From an uncultured Ruminococcus sp. (GTDB lineage Bacteria; Bacillota; Clostridia; Oscillospirales; Ruminococcaceae): a stretch of 64,000 bases of DNA. The DNA is taken from the NCBI GenBank assembly GCA_947629455.1, contig CANRDT010000006.1, positions 18,476 to 82,475 on the forward strand, given 5' to 3'. The first letter of the stretch is position 1. Every line of letters begins with the position of its first letter. Below the pieces are notes generated by a model. That model was given only the letters and a program-made list of their open reading frames with translations, was not told the DNA's origin and made no database searches. Shown piece after piece: positions 30,106-40,485 of the stretch. The position numbers and the translations under genes are program-made.

Positions 30106-31779
30106 ATGAAAGTCGTAAGAATAGGAGATTATCTGGTCGAGAAGAACTTTATCACCGAAGAACAGCTCAAACAGGCTCTCGACAAGCAGAAGGAAACTAA
30201 GCATAAGATAGGCGACGTCATTATTGAAATGGGATTCGTTTCAGATGTAGACGTTGCAAAGTGCCTTGCGGAAAGTCTGAGGCAGAAGTATATAGACCTC
30301 GACAACGCCGCGCTTATGCCCGACATCATCAAGAAGATACCTGAAGAAACTGCGAGAAAGTACAGCGTAATTGCGGTAGACCTTAAAGGCAACCGCCTTA
30401 CCGTTGCGACAAACGATCCGGCAAACTACTACATAACCGAAGACCTCCGAGTACTGACGGGCTATGATATTATCCCCGTTGTCGCGACAAAGGGCGCTAT
30501 CAACAGGGCGATAGGAAAAATGTACTCCGCCGATCAGGTAAGCTCGGTGGTCGAGGCGGCTACAAAGGAAAAGGAAGAGGAGCTCAGCCTTGAGGATCTG
30601 AAAAACGTTTCCGAGGAGAGAATTGAAAACGCGCCTATCGTTAAGCTTGCGACCGCTATCGTTGAAAACTCATTCCGTAAGGACGCAACGGATATACATA
30701 TCGAGCCGTTTGCAAATATCACAAAGGTACGTATCCGTGTAAACGGCGACCTTGTCGAGCTGATGACCCTTTCTCCCGCGCTCCACGTTGCGCTCGTAAC
30801 GCGTTTCAAGATACTCAGCGGTATGAATATCGCAGAAAAGAGAATACCGCAGGACGGCCGTATGTCGCAGGTCATTGACGGAACGACAGTCGATCTCCGT
30901 GTATCCAATCTTCCTATGGTCTACGGCGAAAAAGTCGTTTTGCGTATCCTTGCAGGCGACGAATCGGTAAGACGTATACAGGATCTCGGTATGACCGACT
31001 ACAACTATGAAAGATTCGTTTCCTGCCTTAAAGTTCCGCAGGGCGTTATACTTGTTACAGGTCCTACCGGTTCAGGTAAATCTACCACCCTTTACGCCGC
31101 GCTCGGTGAGATCGCAAAGCCCAATCTTAACGTTATCACCGTTGAGGACCCTGTAGAAAAGAAGATAGCTAATATCAATCAGTGCCAGATAAACGATAAA
31201 GCCGGTATGACATTCGATGCCGCGCTGCGTTCTATCCTTCGTCAGGACCCTGACATCATAATGGTCGGTGAGATGCGTGACGCCGAAACTGCCGAGATCG
31301 CTATCCGTGCCGCTATCACGGGACACTTGGTGCTGTCGACACTGCATACCAACGACGCGGCGTCTACAGTTACGCGTCTTGTGGATATGGGCGTTGAGGC
31401 GTATATGGTCGCGACTTCGCTTATCGGTATAGTGGCGCAGCGTCTTACAAAGGTGCTTTGCCCCGAGTGTAAGAAACCGAGGCTTTCCACCGATGAGGAA
31501 AACGAGCTTATGGGTATCGACCATTCTATAATGGTATACGATGCAGGCGGCTGCGGCAAGTGCAACAATACGGGCTATAAAGGCAGAACGGCTATCCATG
31601 AGATCCTGCTGTCAACACCTGAAATGGCATCGCTCATAACCTCCGGCGCAAAGGCTGACGAGATACAGGAGCTTGCTAAGGAACAGGGCTGCCTGCTGCT
31701 GAGAGATAACGTTTCAAAGCTTGTTCAGGAGGGCGTAACGTCTATCGGCGAGCTTATCCGTGTTACATATGCGGTTTAA
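30106..31779 (+). CDS. pilB: Type IV pilus assembly ATPase with MshEN-like N-terminus
   Basis: ATDIHIEP, GPTGSGKST, LRQDPD, TGHLVLSTLHTN, tetracysteine motif; RIGDYL..Q motif. Confidence 0.96.
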   Translation: MKVVRIGDYLVEKNFITEEQLKQALDKQKETKHKIGDVIIEMGFVSDVDVAKCLAESLRQKYIDLDNAALMPDIIKKIPEETARKYSVIAVDLKGNRLTVATNDPANYYITEDLRVLTGYDIIPVVATKGAINRAIGKMYSADQVSSVVEAATKEKEEELSLEDLKNVSEERIENAPIVKLATAIVENSFRKDATDIHIEPFANITKVRIRVNGDLVELMTLSPALHVALVTRFKILSGMNIAEKRIPQDGRMSQVIDGTTVDLRVSNLPMVYGEKVVLRILAGDESVRRIQDLGMTDYNYERFVSCLKVPQGVILVTGPTGSGKSTTLYAALGEIAKPNLNVITVEDPVEKKIANINQCQINDKAGMTFDAALRSILRQDPDIIMVGEMRDAETAEIAIRAAITGHLVLSTLHTNDAASTVTRLVDMGVEAYMVATSLIGIVAQRLTKVLCPECKKPRLSTDEENELMGIDHSIMVYDAGGCGKCNNTGYKGRTAIHEILLSTPEMASLITSGAKADEIQELAKEQGCLLLRDNVSKLVQEGVTSIGELIRVTYAV

Positions 31780-31858
31780 TGAACTCGGATCTTGGTATTG
31801 CTCCTGATGTACCGGAGCAGTACATTAATAAAAATAAAGTTATGGAGGTATATTTACA

Positions 31859-32929
31859 ATGTCAGTAGATATCAACAAAATTCTCGACGAATCCAGAGCG
31901 CTGGGCTGCTCCGACCTGCATTTCACTGTAGGTATCCCCCCTATCGTAAGACAGGGCGGTAATCTCAGAAAGCTTTCATCTTATCCCGATATGACGGAGA
32001 TCGACATACTCCAGATCTGTGAGGATATGTGTACCGACAAACAAAGACAGCAGATAAAGGATCACATTGATACGGACTTTACTTTCGTATCTTCCAGAGG
32101 ATTCCGTCACCGTGTCAACGTATACCGTCAGAGGGGAAATACGGCTATCGCTATCCGTCTGCTGAGAAACGATATTCCGACCCTTACCGACCTTGATCTT
32201 CCTCCCGTGCTGGCAGAATTTGCAATGCGTCCCCGTGGACTGGTGCTTGTTACGGGTCCTACCGGTTCAGGTAAATCCACAACGCTTGCGGCTATGATCG
32301 ACCATGTAAATATACATAAATCGGCGCATATCATCACCGTCGAAGACCCTATCGAGTATATGCACGCACATAAAAGATGTATGGTAAACCAGAGAGAAAT
32401 AGGCCCCGACGTTCCGAGCTTTTCAATGGCTCTGCGTGCGGCGCTCCGTGAAGACCCTGATATCATACTCGTCGGAGAAATGCGTGACTTTGAAACTATC
32501 GAAGCCGCGGTAACCGCCGCTGAAACAGGACACCTTGTTATGAGTACCCTGCACACCACCGACGCCGCGTCCACTATCGACCGTATCATCGACGTTTTCC
32601 CTGCTCACCAGCAGCACCAGATCAGAACTCAGCTTGCGTCCGTTCTGGTAGGTATCTGCACACAGACGCTCTGCCGTACTCTTGACGGTACGAGCCGTGT
32701 AGCCTGCTGCGAAATACTCAACGCTACCGATAACATCAAGGCTATGATCCGTGACGACAAAGTCCACCTTATCGGTTCAGCAATGCAGACAGGTAAGAAC
32801 GTGGGAATGCAGACGCTCGATCAGGAGCTTGCAAAGCTCGTTCGCGAGAAAAGGATCTCTATGGAAGTCGCCGTTGAGAAGTGTCTGAATGTCGGCGAAC
32901 TCAAGAGATTTATCGCAGCCGGAAAGTAA
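31859..32929 (+). CDS. pilT: Type IV pilus retraction ATPase
   Basis: SDLHF, GPTGSGKSTT, ALREDPD, AIRNLIRE-like NIKAMIRD, GMQTLD. Confidence 0.95.
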   Translation: MSVDINKILDESRALGCSDLHFTVGIPPIVRQGGNLRKLSSYPDMTEIDILQICEDMCTDKQRQQIKDHIDTDFTFVSSRGFRHRVNVYRQRGNTAIAIRLLRNDIPTLTDLDLPPVLAEFAMRPRGLVLVTGPTGSGKSTTLAAMIDHVNIHKSAHIITVEDPIEYMHAHKRCMVNQREIGPDVPSFSMALRAALREDPDIILVGEMRDFETIEAAVTAAETGHLVMSTLHTTDAASTIDRIIDVFPAHQQHQIRTQLASVLVGICTQTLCRTLDGTSRVACCEILNATDNIKAMIRDDKVHLIGSAMQTGKNVGMQTLDQELAKLVREKRISMEVAVEKCLNVGELKRFIAAGK

Positions 32930-32952
32930 TTTCAAGAATATGCAAAAAATTT

Positions 32953-32991
32953 CCCCGGGAGGCTTATCGGCTTTCCGGGGTTCGCTTTTTT
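32953..32991 (+). terminator. Terminator after pilT
   Basis: CCCCGGGAGGC..GCTTTCCGGGG stem followed by T-run. Confidence 0.7.
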
Positions 32992-33011
32992 ATTATATTG
33001 CTGTGCGGCTG

Positions 33012-33893
33012 TTATGCACCGTCCTGTTCGCTGCTTTTTGAATTATAGATAAAATTAAGCACAGCCATCAGAATAATAATACCGTAACCAAGAAAGCTCC
33101 AGCCGTCGGGGACGTCGCCGAACATAAAGAATCCGAGGATAGTGGTAAATATCAGAGAGGAGTAGTCGTAAATGGAGATCTCCTTGGCAGGAGCGTATGT
33201 ATAAGCGGCGGTTATGGAGAACTGACCGCCGGCAGCCGCCGCGCCCGCTCCGAGCAGACAGAGTATCTGCCACATCTCCATATGCTTATAATTGAATATC
33301 ATAAACGGCAGGCAGACAATGCAGGAAAACGCCGAAAAATATGCAACGATAAAAGGTCCTTTTTCCCCATGCTGACCGAGGTATCTTACGCAGGTGTAGG
33401 CAAGTCCCGCGCCCATTCCGCCTAAGAATCCCATAAACGCAGGGAAAATATCGACGTTTGAAAAGCTTGGTTTGATTATGAAAAGGCTGCCTGCAAAAGC
33501 TGCCGCGACCATTGCCCCCTGAAAGACGGTGAGCTTTTCTTTAAGAAAGATAAAGGAGAAGATAATTACAAAGAACGGGGACATTTTGTTGAGCATTGAC
33601 GCGTCGGAAAGCACCATACGGTCTATGGCGTAAAAGTTGCAAAGCACTCCGAGCGTGCCTGCGAACGCCCTGATAAATAGGGGGAAACGGTTTTTCTTGT
33701 TCTGTAATTTGAGGGGAGTACCGCTCCTTTTCAGCGCGAAAAGCGCGAAGAACAGGGCGATAAAGTTGCGGAAAAAGGTTTTCTGAAAGGTGGGAAGATC
33801 GCCCGAAAGTCTGACAAACGCAAACATAAAGGCAAAGCAGAACGCAGACGTGACGATGTAGAAGATCCCCTTGAATTTATTTTTAATTTTCAC
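33012..33893 (-). CDS. DMT/EamA family transporter
   Basis: About 10 TM segments, SPFF..FLKEK, AYTYAPA; GTG start after GGAGG. Confidence 0.9.
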   Translation of the reverse strand: MKIKNKFKGIFYIVTSAFCFAFMFAFVRLSGDLPTFQKTFFRNFIALFFALFALKRSGTPLKLQNKKNRFPLFIRAFAGTLGVLCNFYAIDRMVLSDASMLNKMSPFFVIIFSFIFLKEKLTVFQGAMVAAAFAGSLFIIKPSFSNVDIFPAFMGFLGGMGAGLAYTCVRYLGQHGEKGPFIVAYFSAFSCIVCLPFMIFNYKHMEMWQILCLLGAGAAAAGGQFSITAAYTYAPAKEISIYDYSSLIFTTILGFFMFGDVPDGWSFLGYGIIILMAVLNFIYNSKSSEQDGA

Positions 33894-34287
33894 TGCCGCG
33901 ACCTCCGTTAAGCGCGTTATGCTCACGCGAAAGCTGCCCGATAAGCTGCGCGATCGTCCACGACTGATTTGAGGCGGTGCAGACGGCTTTGAGGGGGATA
34001 TAAGCGCCCTCCGACTTCAGCTTTTCCAGCGTTTTCTGAAGAGTCTGCCCGTTAAGACCGCTGAAGATGATACATTCCTCCTCGGGCGGGTCGGCGCAGT
34101 CCTGTGTCGGAGCGGAAAATCCCCCGAATCCGAAGATCAGACCTATCTGACGGTTCGCCTGTTCGGGGAGGACTTTAATAAATCCTATCTTCATTTCGGC
34201 GCAGACCTTTTCGACTGCCGCCGCGTGCTCATCAGTAAGAGCATATGCCGCCGCGCGTGGGGCGGAAAGTACTGTTCTTGCTTTCAT
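33883..34287 (-). CDS. DUF3783-like protein
   Basis: IFSGL..LKAVCT.SN.SW...L..EH motif. Confidence 0.75.
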   Translation of the reverse strand: MKARTVLSAPRAAAYALTDEHAAAVEKVCAEMKIGFIKVLPEQANRQIGLIFGFGGFSAPTQDCADPPEEECIIFSGLNGQTLQKTLEKLKSEGAYIPLKAVCTASNQSWTIAQLIGQLSREHNALNGGRGSEN

Positions 34288-34421
34288 ATTCTTATCTCCC
34301 GACTGTTTTGATAGCTGATAATATTATACACCCTTGCAGGGATAATTGCAAGAAAAAAGCATTTTAAGTGTGTGAAATTTTTTCGCCAGAGGTTAATATA
34401 ACAAAAAATTTGCAAAACTGC

Positions 34422-34527
34422 GCGGAATAATATTTTAAAATATGCGCCGCAGGCGATCCTTGTCTTACCTCTTACCTCTAAAAAGCGCAGCGCTCTGACT
34501 TCTTCGGAAATCAAAAATTGATTTCCG
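34422..34527 (-). repeat. Repeat family A copy 4 (partial)
   Basis: Matches 17113-17217 closely. Confidence 0.9.
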
Positions 34528-34548
34528 TGGAACATTGCTGTATTATTA

Positions 34549-34577
34549 TTGACAATTTATTAAAAATGTGATATTAT
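34549..34577 (+). promoter_or_regulatory. sigma-A promoter of birA
   Basis: TTGACA-17-TATTAT with TG extended -10. Confidence 0.65.
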
Positions 34578-34657
34578 TATATTGACCAAAATATCGCGGT
34601 CGGAAAATTATAACAAAATCTGTAACTATCCTACTTTAAGATGTGGTGCTTAACATT

Positions 34658-35638
34658 ATGAAACTAAAAGACAAAATTCTTGAAATTCTTGAACAGAACC
34701 GAGGTACGCAGGTGTCGGGGGAGAGTATCGCAGGGCAGCTCAGCGTTTCGCGCAGCGCAGTCTGGAAGGCGATAAACGATCTGCGGCGCGAGGGCGTTTC
34801 GGTTAATTCCGTCCGCAGCGGAGGATATACCCTGCCGGAGGAGGACGACAGCCTGTCGGTGCAGGGTATCTGCGCTCTGCTCGGCGAAAGCGGATATTCC
34901 GTGCATACCGCAGCGGAGGTCACATCGACGAATACCGTGTTAAAAGAGCTTGCCCACCAAGGTGCGCCTGACGGATATGTTTTGGCGGCAAAAAGGCAGA
35001 CCGCAGGAAAAGGACGGCTCGGCAGGAGCTTTTATTCTCCCGAGGGAACGGGACTGTATATGTCGATAATACTGCGTCCGAAGATGAACGCTCAGGACGC
35101 GCTGTTTGTAACGGCTGCGGCTGCGGTGGCGGTGTGCAGAGCGATAGAGGAATGTTGTCCCGACGGTGAAACGCCGATGATAAAATGGGTAAACGACATC
35201 TGCGTCGGCGGAAAAAAAGTGTGCGGTATCCTGACGGAGGCTGCCGTTGACTTTGAAAGCGGCGGACTTGAATATGCCGTCCTCGGAATGGGCGTCAATA
35301 TTTCCGAGCCTGACGGCGGATTTCCGGAAGATGTGCGCGGCGTGGCAGGCTCTTTGTTCGGCAGCCGCAGATGCGAAAATATGCGCAACCGCCTTGCCGC
35401 AGCGATACTGAGAAATTTACGGCAATTGCCGCAGGATCATATGTCGCCTGAAATTCTTGAGGAGTACCGCCGACGCTCTCTGCTTACGGGAAAACACGCT
35501 TATGTTCACCGCGGCGATGAAGTAAGACCTTGCCTTGTACTTGGCGTGGACGACAGGGCAAGACTTATCGTGAAATACGACGACGGCTCGGAACAAATTC
35601 TCTCCTCGGGAGAAGTGAGCGTAAGACTTGAAAAATGA
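34658..35638 (+). CDS. birA: Bifunctional biotin ligase/repressor
   Basis: HTH VSRSAVWK, QTAGKGRLGR, KWVND, KVCGIL, SGEVS. Confidence 0.96.
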   Translation: MKLKDKILEILEQNRGTQVSGESIAGQLSVSRSAVWKAINDLRREGVSVNSVRSGGYTLPEEDDSLSVQGICALLGESGYSVHTAAEVTSTNTVLKELAHQGAPDGYVLAAKRQTAGKGRLGRSFYSPEGTGLYMSIILRPKMNAQDALFVTAAAAVAVCRAIEECCPDGETPMIKWVNDICVGGKKVCGILTEAAVDFESGGLEYAVLGMGVNISEPDGGFPEDVRGVAGSLFGSRRCENMRNRLAAAILRNLRQLPQDHMSPEILEEYRRRSLLTGKHAYVHRGDEVRPCLVLGVDDRARLIVKYDDGSEQILSSGEVSVRLEK

Positions 35639-35642
35639 TTTA

Positions 35643-35941
35643 TTATCGGATAGCTCAGAGTTTGTTTACCGCAGCTGCTTTTCTTTTGGGGAAAACCTTT
35701 CTGAAGAAAGGTTATTCCCCATGCCCCTTTCCAAAGACTTTTAATGATTTTTGCGAGGGGCAGCAGTCCGCTTGAAAACGCTGCGCGAAACAGGCTTGCT
35801 AAGTCTTTGGAAGATCTTGTTGCCCCTCGCAAAAATAACTGAAAGTTTTAGTGAGGGGGTTTGGGGGATGACCCTTTTTCAAAAGGGTCTCCCCCAACAG
35901 GAGAACAGATATGGCAAACAAAATTCTGATCTATCGGATAA
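35643..35941. repeat. ~300 bp imperfect palindromic element (family D)
   Basis: Arms 35643-35766 and 35816-35941 are diverged reverse complements, each with an internal hairpin. Confidence 0.85.
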
Positions 35942-35971
35942 GCAAACATATTTACAGAAAGGCTGATCTAT

Positions 35972-36814
35972 ATGACGGTTTATGACAAGCTGAGTAACTG
36001 TTGCAGGGCGCTGACTTCAAAGGTAAGGATAAAGCCGGAAGTGGCGATCGTGCTCGGCTCGGGGCTCGGCGATTATGCCGAGAGGGAAGTGGATTCTCCT
36101 AAGTATGTGGATTACCGCGATATTCCGGGATTTCCTCATTCTACAGTGGAGGGACACAAAGGACGTTTTGTATTCGGGCACATAAACGGAGTACCCGTGG
36201 TGGTAATGCAGGGGCGAGTGCATTATTATGAAGGATACCCCATGAGCGACGTTGTTATGCCAGTGCGCCTGATGTCTATGCTGGGGGCGAAAGCGCTGTT
36301 TCTGACAAATGCCGCAGGGGGAATAAATCCCTCCTTTTCGGCAGGGGATTTTATGCTTATCTCGGATCATATTTCAAGCTTTGTACCCAATCCGCTTATC
36401 GGTGAAAATATCGACAGGCTCGGTACTCGTTTTCCCGATATGAGCAAGGTCTACAGCCCCGAACTGAGGGAGATAGTGCGCAGTACCGCCGCGCAGCTCG
36501 GTATTGCGCTTAAAGAGGGAGTATATCTCCAGCTGACCGGACCGTCATTTGAAACTCCTGCCGAAATCAGAATGTTACGGACATTCGGCGCGGACGCGGT
36601 GGGAATGTCTACAGCGGTCGAGGCAATAGCGGCGCGTCATGCCGGAATGTTGGTGTGCGGCATTTCCTGTATATCAAATCTCGCATGCGGAATGACCGAT
36701 CAGCCGCTCACTCACGCGGAAGTACAGCAGTGCGCCGATAAAGCAGCCCCGAAATTCAGACGGCTGCTGACATCGAGCGTTGTGAACATTGCAGATTATC
36801 TTAAAAAGATTTAG
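35972..36814 (+). CDS. punA: Purine nucleoside phosphorylase (trimeric PNP/MTAP family)
   Basis: VLGSGLG, QGRVHYYEG, TNAAGG, GPSFETPAE, VGMST. Confidence 0.93.
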   Translation: MTVYDKLSNCCRALTSKVRIKPEVAIVLGSGLGDYAEREVDSPKYVDYRDIPGFPHSTVEGHKGRFVFGHINGVPVVVMQGRVHYYEGYPMSDVVMPVRLMSMLGAKALFLTNAAGGINPSFSAGDFMLISDHISSFVPNPLIGENIDRLGTRFPDMSKVYSPELREIVRSTAAQLGIALKEGVYLQLTGPSFETPAEIRMLRTFGADAVGMSTAVEAIAARHAGMLVCGISCISNLACGMTDQPLTHAEVQQCADKAAPKFRRLLTSSVVNIADYLKKI

Positions 36815-36824
36815 CTGAGGGAAT

Positions 36825-37868
36825 ATGGAATATAAAGAAAACGACAGTGTAAGATTATCTGCTGACGGAATGTCGGCGGAAATTATCGACCAGACATTGC
36901 TGCCGAACGAAAAGAAGATACTAACGCTCTGCGAGCCTGACGAAATGTTTGAGGCGATCAGGTCGCTCAGGGTAAGGGGTGCGCCTGCGATAGGCATATT
37001 CGCAGGGTATTGTCTGTATGTTCTTGCCGCCCGTTACGGAGATAAAGACGATCTTCCCGAAAAGCTCAGAGAATGGAGCGGCTATCTCGGCAGCGCACGT
37101 CCCACGGCAGTCAATCTCACATGGGCGCTCGAGAGGGTATACCGCGCCGCCATAAGTCAGGTGAGGGGAGAGCGTATCGCAGCCATGCGCCGAGAGGCTG
37201 AGAATATACATATTCAGGATATAGAAGTCTGCCGCCGTATCGCGCAGTACGGACTTACGCTTGTCCGCGACGGCGACGGGATACTTACCCACTGCAATGC
37301 GGGCGCGCTGGCGACTTCGCGTTACGGGACTGGTCTGGGCGCACTGCTGCTCGGCAAGGAACTCGGGTATGAATTTCACGCTTATGTGGACGAAACAAGA
37401 CCGCTTTTGCAGGGGGCAAGGCTGACTTCCTACGAGCTGTATGAAGCAGGCGTAGACTGCACGCTCATCTGCGATAATATGGCTTCGCAGGTGATGAAAG
37501 AGGGCAGGATACAGGCTTGTTTTGCAGGCTGCGACAGAGCCGCTCTCAACGGCGACTGCGCCAATAAGATAGGTACTTCCGCCGTGGCGGTGCTTGCGAA
37601 ATATTACGGCATACCTTTTTATATTTTCTGCCCGATCTCGACTATAGATGCCGCCTGCGCCTCGGGAGAGAATATTGTGATAGAGGAGCGTTCGGGCGAC
37701 GAGATCAAGAAAATGTTTTTTGAAAAGCCGATCGCGCCCGAGGGAGTAAAATGCTATGACCCTGCATTTGATGTCACCGATCACACTCTTATTACCGCGA
37801 TCGTGACCGAAAAGGGAATTATCCGTCCGCCGTTTGGAAATAAGCTGGCGGAGCTTGTCGGGGGTTGA
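36825..37868 (+). CDS. mtnA: Methylthioribose-1-phosphate isomerase
   Basis: VRGAPAIG, RPTAVNL, THCNAG, ETRPLLQGARLT, ANKIGT, PAFDVT. Confidence 0.95.
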   Translation: MEYKENDSVRLSADGMSAEIIDQTLLPNEKKILTLCEPDEMFEAIRSLRVRGAPAIGIFAGYCLYVLAARYGDKDDLPEKLREWSGYLGSARPTAVNLTWALERVYRAAISQVRGERIAAMRREAENIHIQDIEVCRRIAQYGLTLVRDGDGILTHCNAGALATSRYGTGLGALLLGKELGYEFHAYVDETRPLLQGARLTSYELYEAGVDCTLICDNMASQVMKEGRIQACFAGCDRAALNGDCANKIGTSAVAVLAKYYGIPFYIFCPISTIDAACASGENIVIEERSGDEIKKMFFEKPIAPEGVKCYDPAFDVTDHTLITAIVTEKGIIRPPFGNKLAELVGG

Positions 37869-37872
37869 TGAT

Positions 37873-38241
37873 ATGGACGAAAAAGAGCTTGTCCGATATG
37901 CTTTTTCACAATACGGCGCACAGCCCGAATATCTGTGGAAAAAATATCCCGATTATTTTGTGCTGCGGCATAAGGACGGCGGCAAATGGTTCGCGGTGGT
38001 AATGGATATTCCGAAAGAACGGCTCGGTCTTGACGGCAAAGAGAAGATATTCATTATGGACGTGAAATGCGGACCGCTGCTTTACGGTTCGTTTATCGGC
38101 AGAACGGGCGTATTTCCGGCATATCATATGAATAAGGAAAACTGGATCACCCTGCTGCTTGACGGCTCGGCTGAAAGTGAGACCATAAAACAGCTGCTCG
38201 GCATAAGTTATCAGCTTACGGAAAATAAAAAGTCAAAATAA
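37873..38241 (+). CDS. MmcQ/YjbR family protein
   Basis: KWFA, DVKC, PAYHMNKENW, SYQLT. Confidence 0.9.
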   Translation: MDEKELVRYAFSQYGAQPEYLWKKYPDYFVLRHKDGGKWFAVVMDIPKERLGLDGKEKIFIMDVKCGPLLYGSFIGRTGVFPAYHMNKENWITLLLDGSAESETIKQLLGISYQLTENKKSK

Positions 38242-38284
38242 AAGCTCCGGCCGCATCACCCGAAAGATGTGCGGTCGGAGTTTT
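38241..38284. terminator. Bidirectional terminator
   Basis: CTCCGGCCGCA..TGCGGTCGGAG stem with A/T flanks between convergent genes. Confidence 0.8.
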
Positions 38285-38327
38285 GTATATGCCCTGAAAA
38301 GAGGACATTTATGAATATCCAAAGTTA

Positions 38328-39692
<1,365 letters not shown>

Positions 39693-39784
39693 TTACAAAT
39701 AAATTTTTACGCTGTGAATTCCGAATAAACCCTTCTACAGGCGCACCTGATCAAAGCCCCATCCCGAAATTCAACACCGTTACC

Positions 39785-39813
39785 ATTATAACACAATAAT
39801 ATTGATTTTGCAA
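39785..39813 (-). promoter_or_regulatory. sigma-A promoter of gdhA
   Basis: TTGCAA-17-TATAAT with TG extended -10. Confidence 0.8.
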
Positions 39814-39979
39814 GTCCCAAATTCCAAAAATTCAAATTTTATTTATAAAGTCCGAAAAAATCCCTGCACGGGCGAACTATTTGACTAAAAAAGCCGCGAA
39901 ATATTGCAAATGTACGGAAAAATATGTATTTGGGGGTAAGGGTTGTATGTAAGAGGTAGGAATGAAAAATTTCAGTTGT

Positions 39980-40320
39980 TTTCCTCCGCCGCAAGCGGAG
40001 GCTGTTTAGATAATGCTGTTCTCCCCTTGGGGGAGAATGGCTTTTAATACATATACGGCGAGATATTTTGGCAATAGGTGCGTAGCTGCCGCCGTAAACG
40101 GCGGCTGTAGCAAATGCCGCCCATAGTAGGGAAAGCGCTCTCTTGTAAGCGCTTTCCCTCTTACCAAACAGTCCACCGGACTGTTTGGTAATTCACCCTT
40201 TTCAGAGCGCCTCCGTATGGGGTATTTCGCCGTCTGCGGACGGCGACGATGGGCTCTGCCCCTCGACCCCGCAAGCCTTTTTAAGGAAAAGGCTTGATCG
40301 AAAACCTTTTTAATTTTCCC
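39980..40320 (-). repeat. Multi-hairpin element family C, copy 1
   Basis: Reverse complement aligns with 45880-46112 and 46217-46470; seven or more consecutive hairpins. Confidence 0.9.
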
Positions 40321-40414
40321 CGTACTTATCAAACAAACTGCGCAGCGTGAAATCGGCATTGCGGAGCATATTACATTATAAAAACCGCTCTCCGTCTGCA
40401 CCGATCCGCGCTTG

Positions 40415-40444
40415 TTGACAAAAACCTCTTTTGTATGGTATAAT
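40415..40444 (+). promoter_or_regulatory. sigma-A promoter of pyrE
   Basis: TTGACA-18-TATAAT with TG extended -10. Confidence 0.75.
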
Positions 40445-40485
40445 AAATACATAAGATTAAAGTTTTCCGAAAGGACGTTTTGGCT

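Noticed and set aside
34284-34535. 83-aa minus-strand ORF
   Set aside because: Reads through repeat family A and a promoter region
34620-34657. BirA operator
   Set aside because: TGTAAC and TTAACA half-sites are too far apart for the usual spacing
35751-35966. Short ORFs in the birA-punA gap
   Set aside because: Lie within palindromic element D; no RBS support
40006-40452. 148-aa ORF, and similar ORFs at 45748-46407
   Set aside because: Translations of repeat C; frames are not maintained between copies while base pairing is
40380-40485. PyrR attenuator before pyrE
   Set aside because: Promoter is about 40 nt from the start; no room or motif
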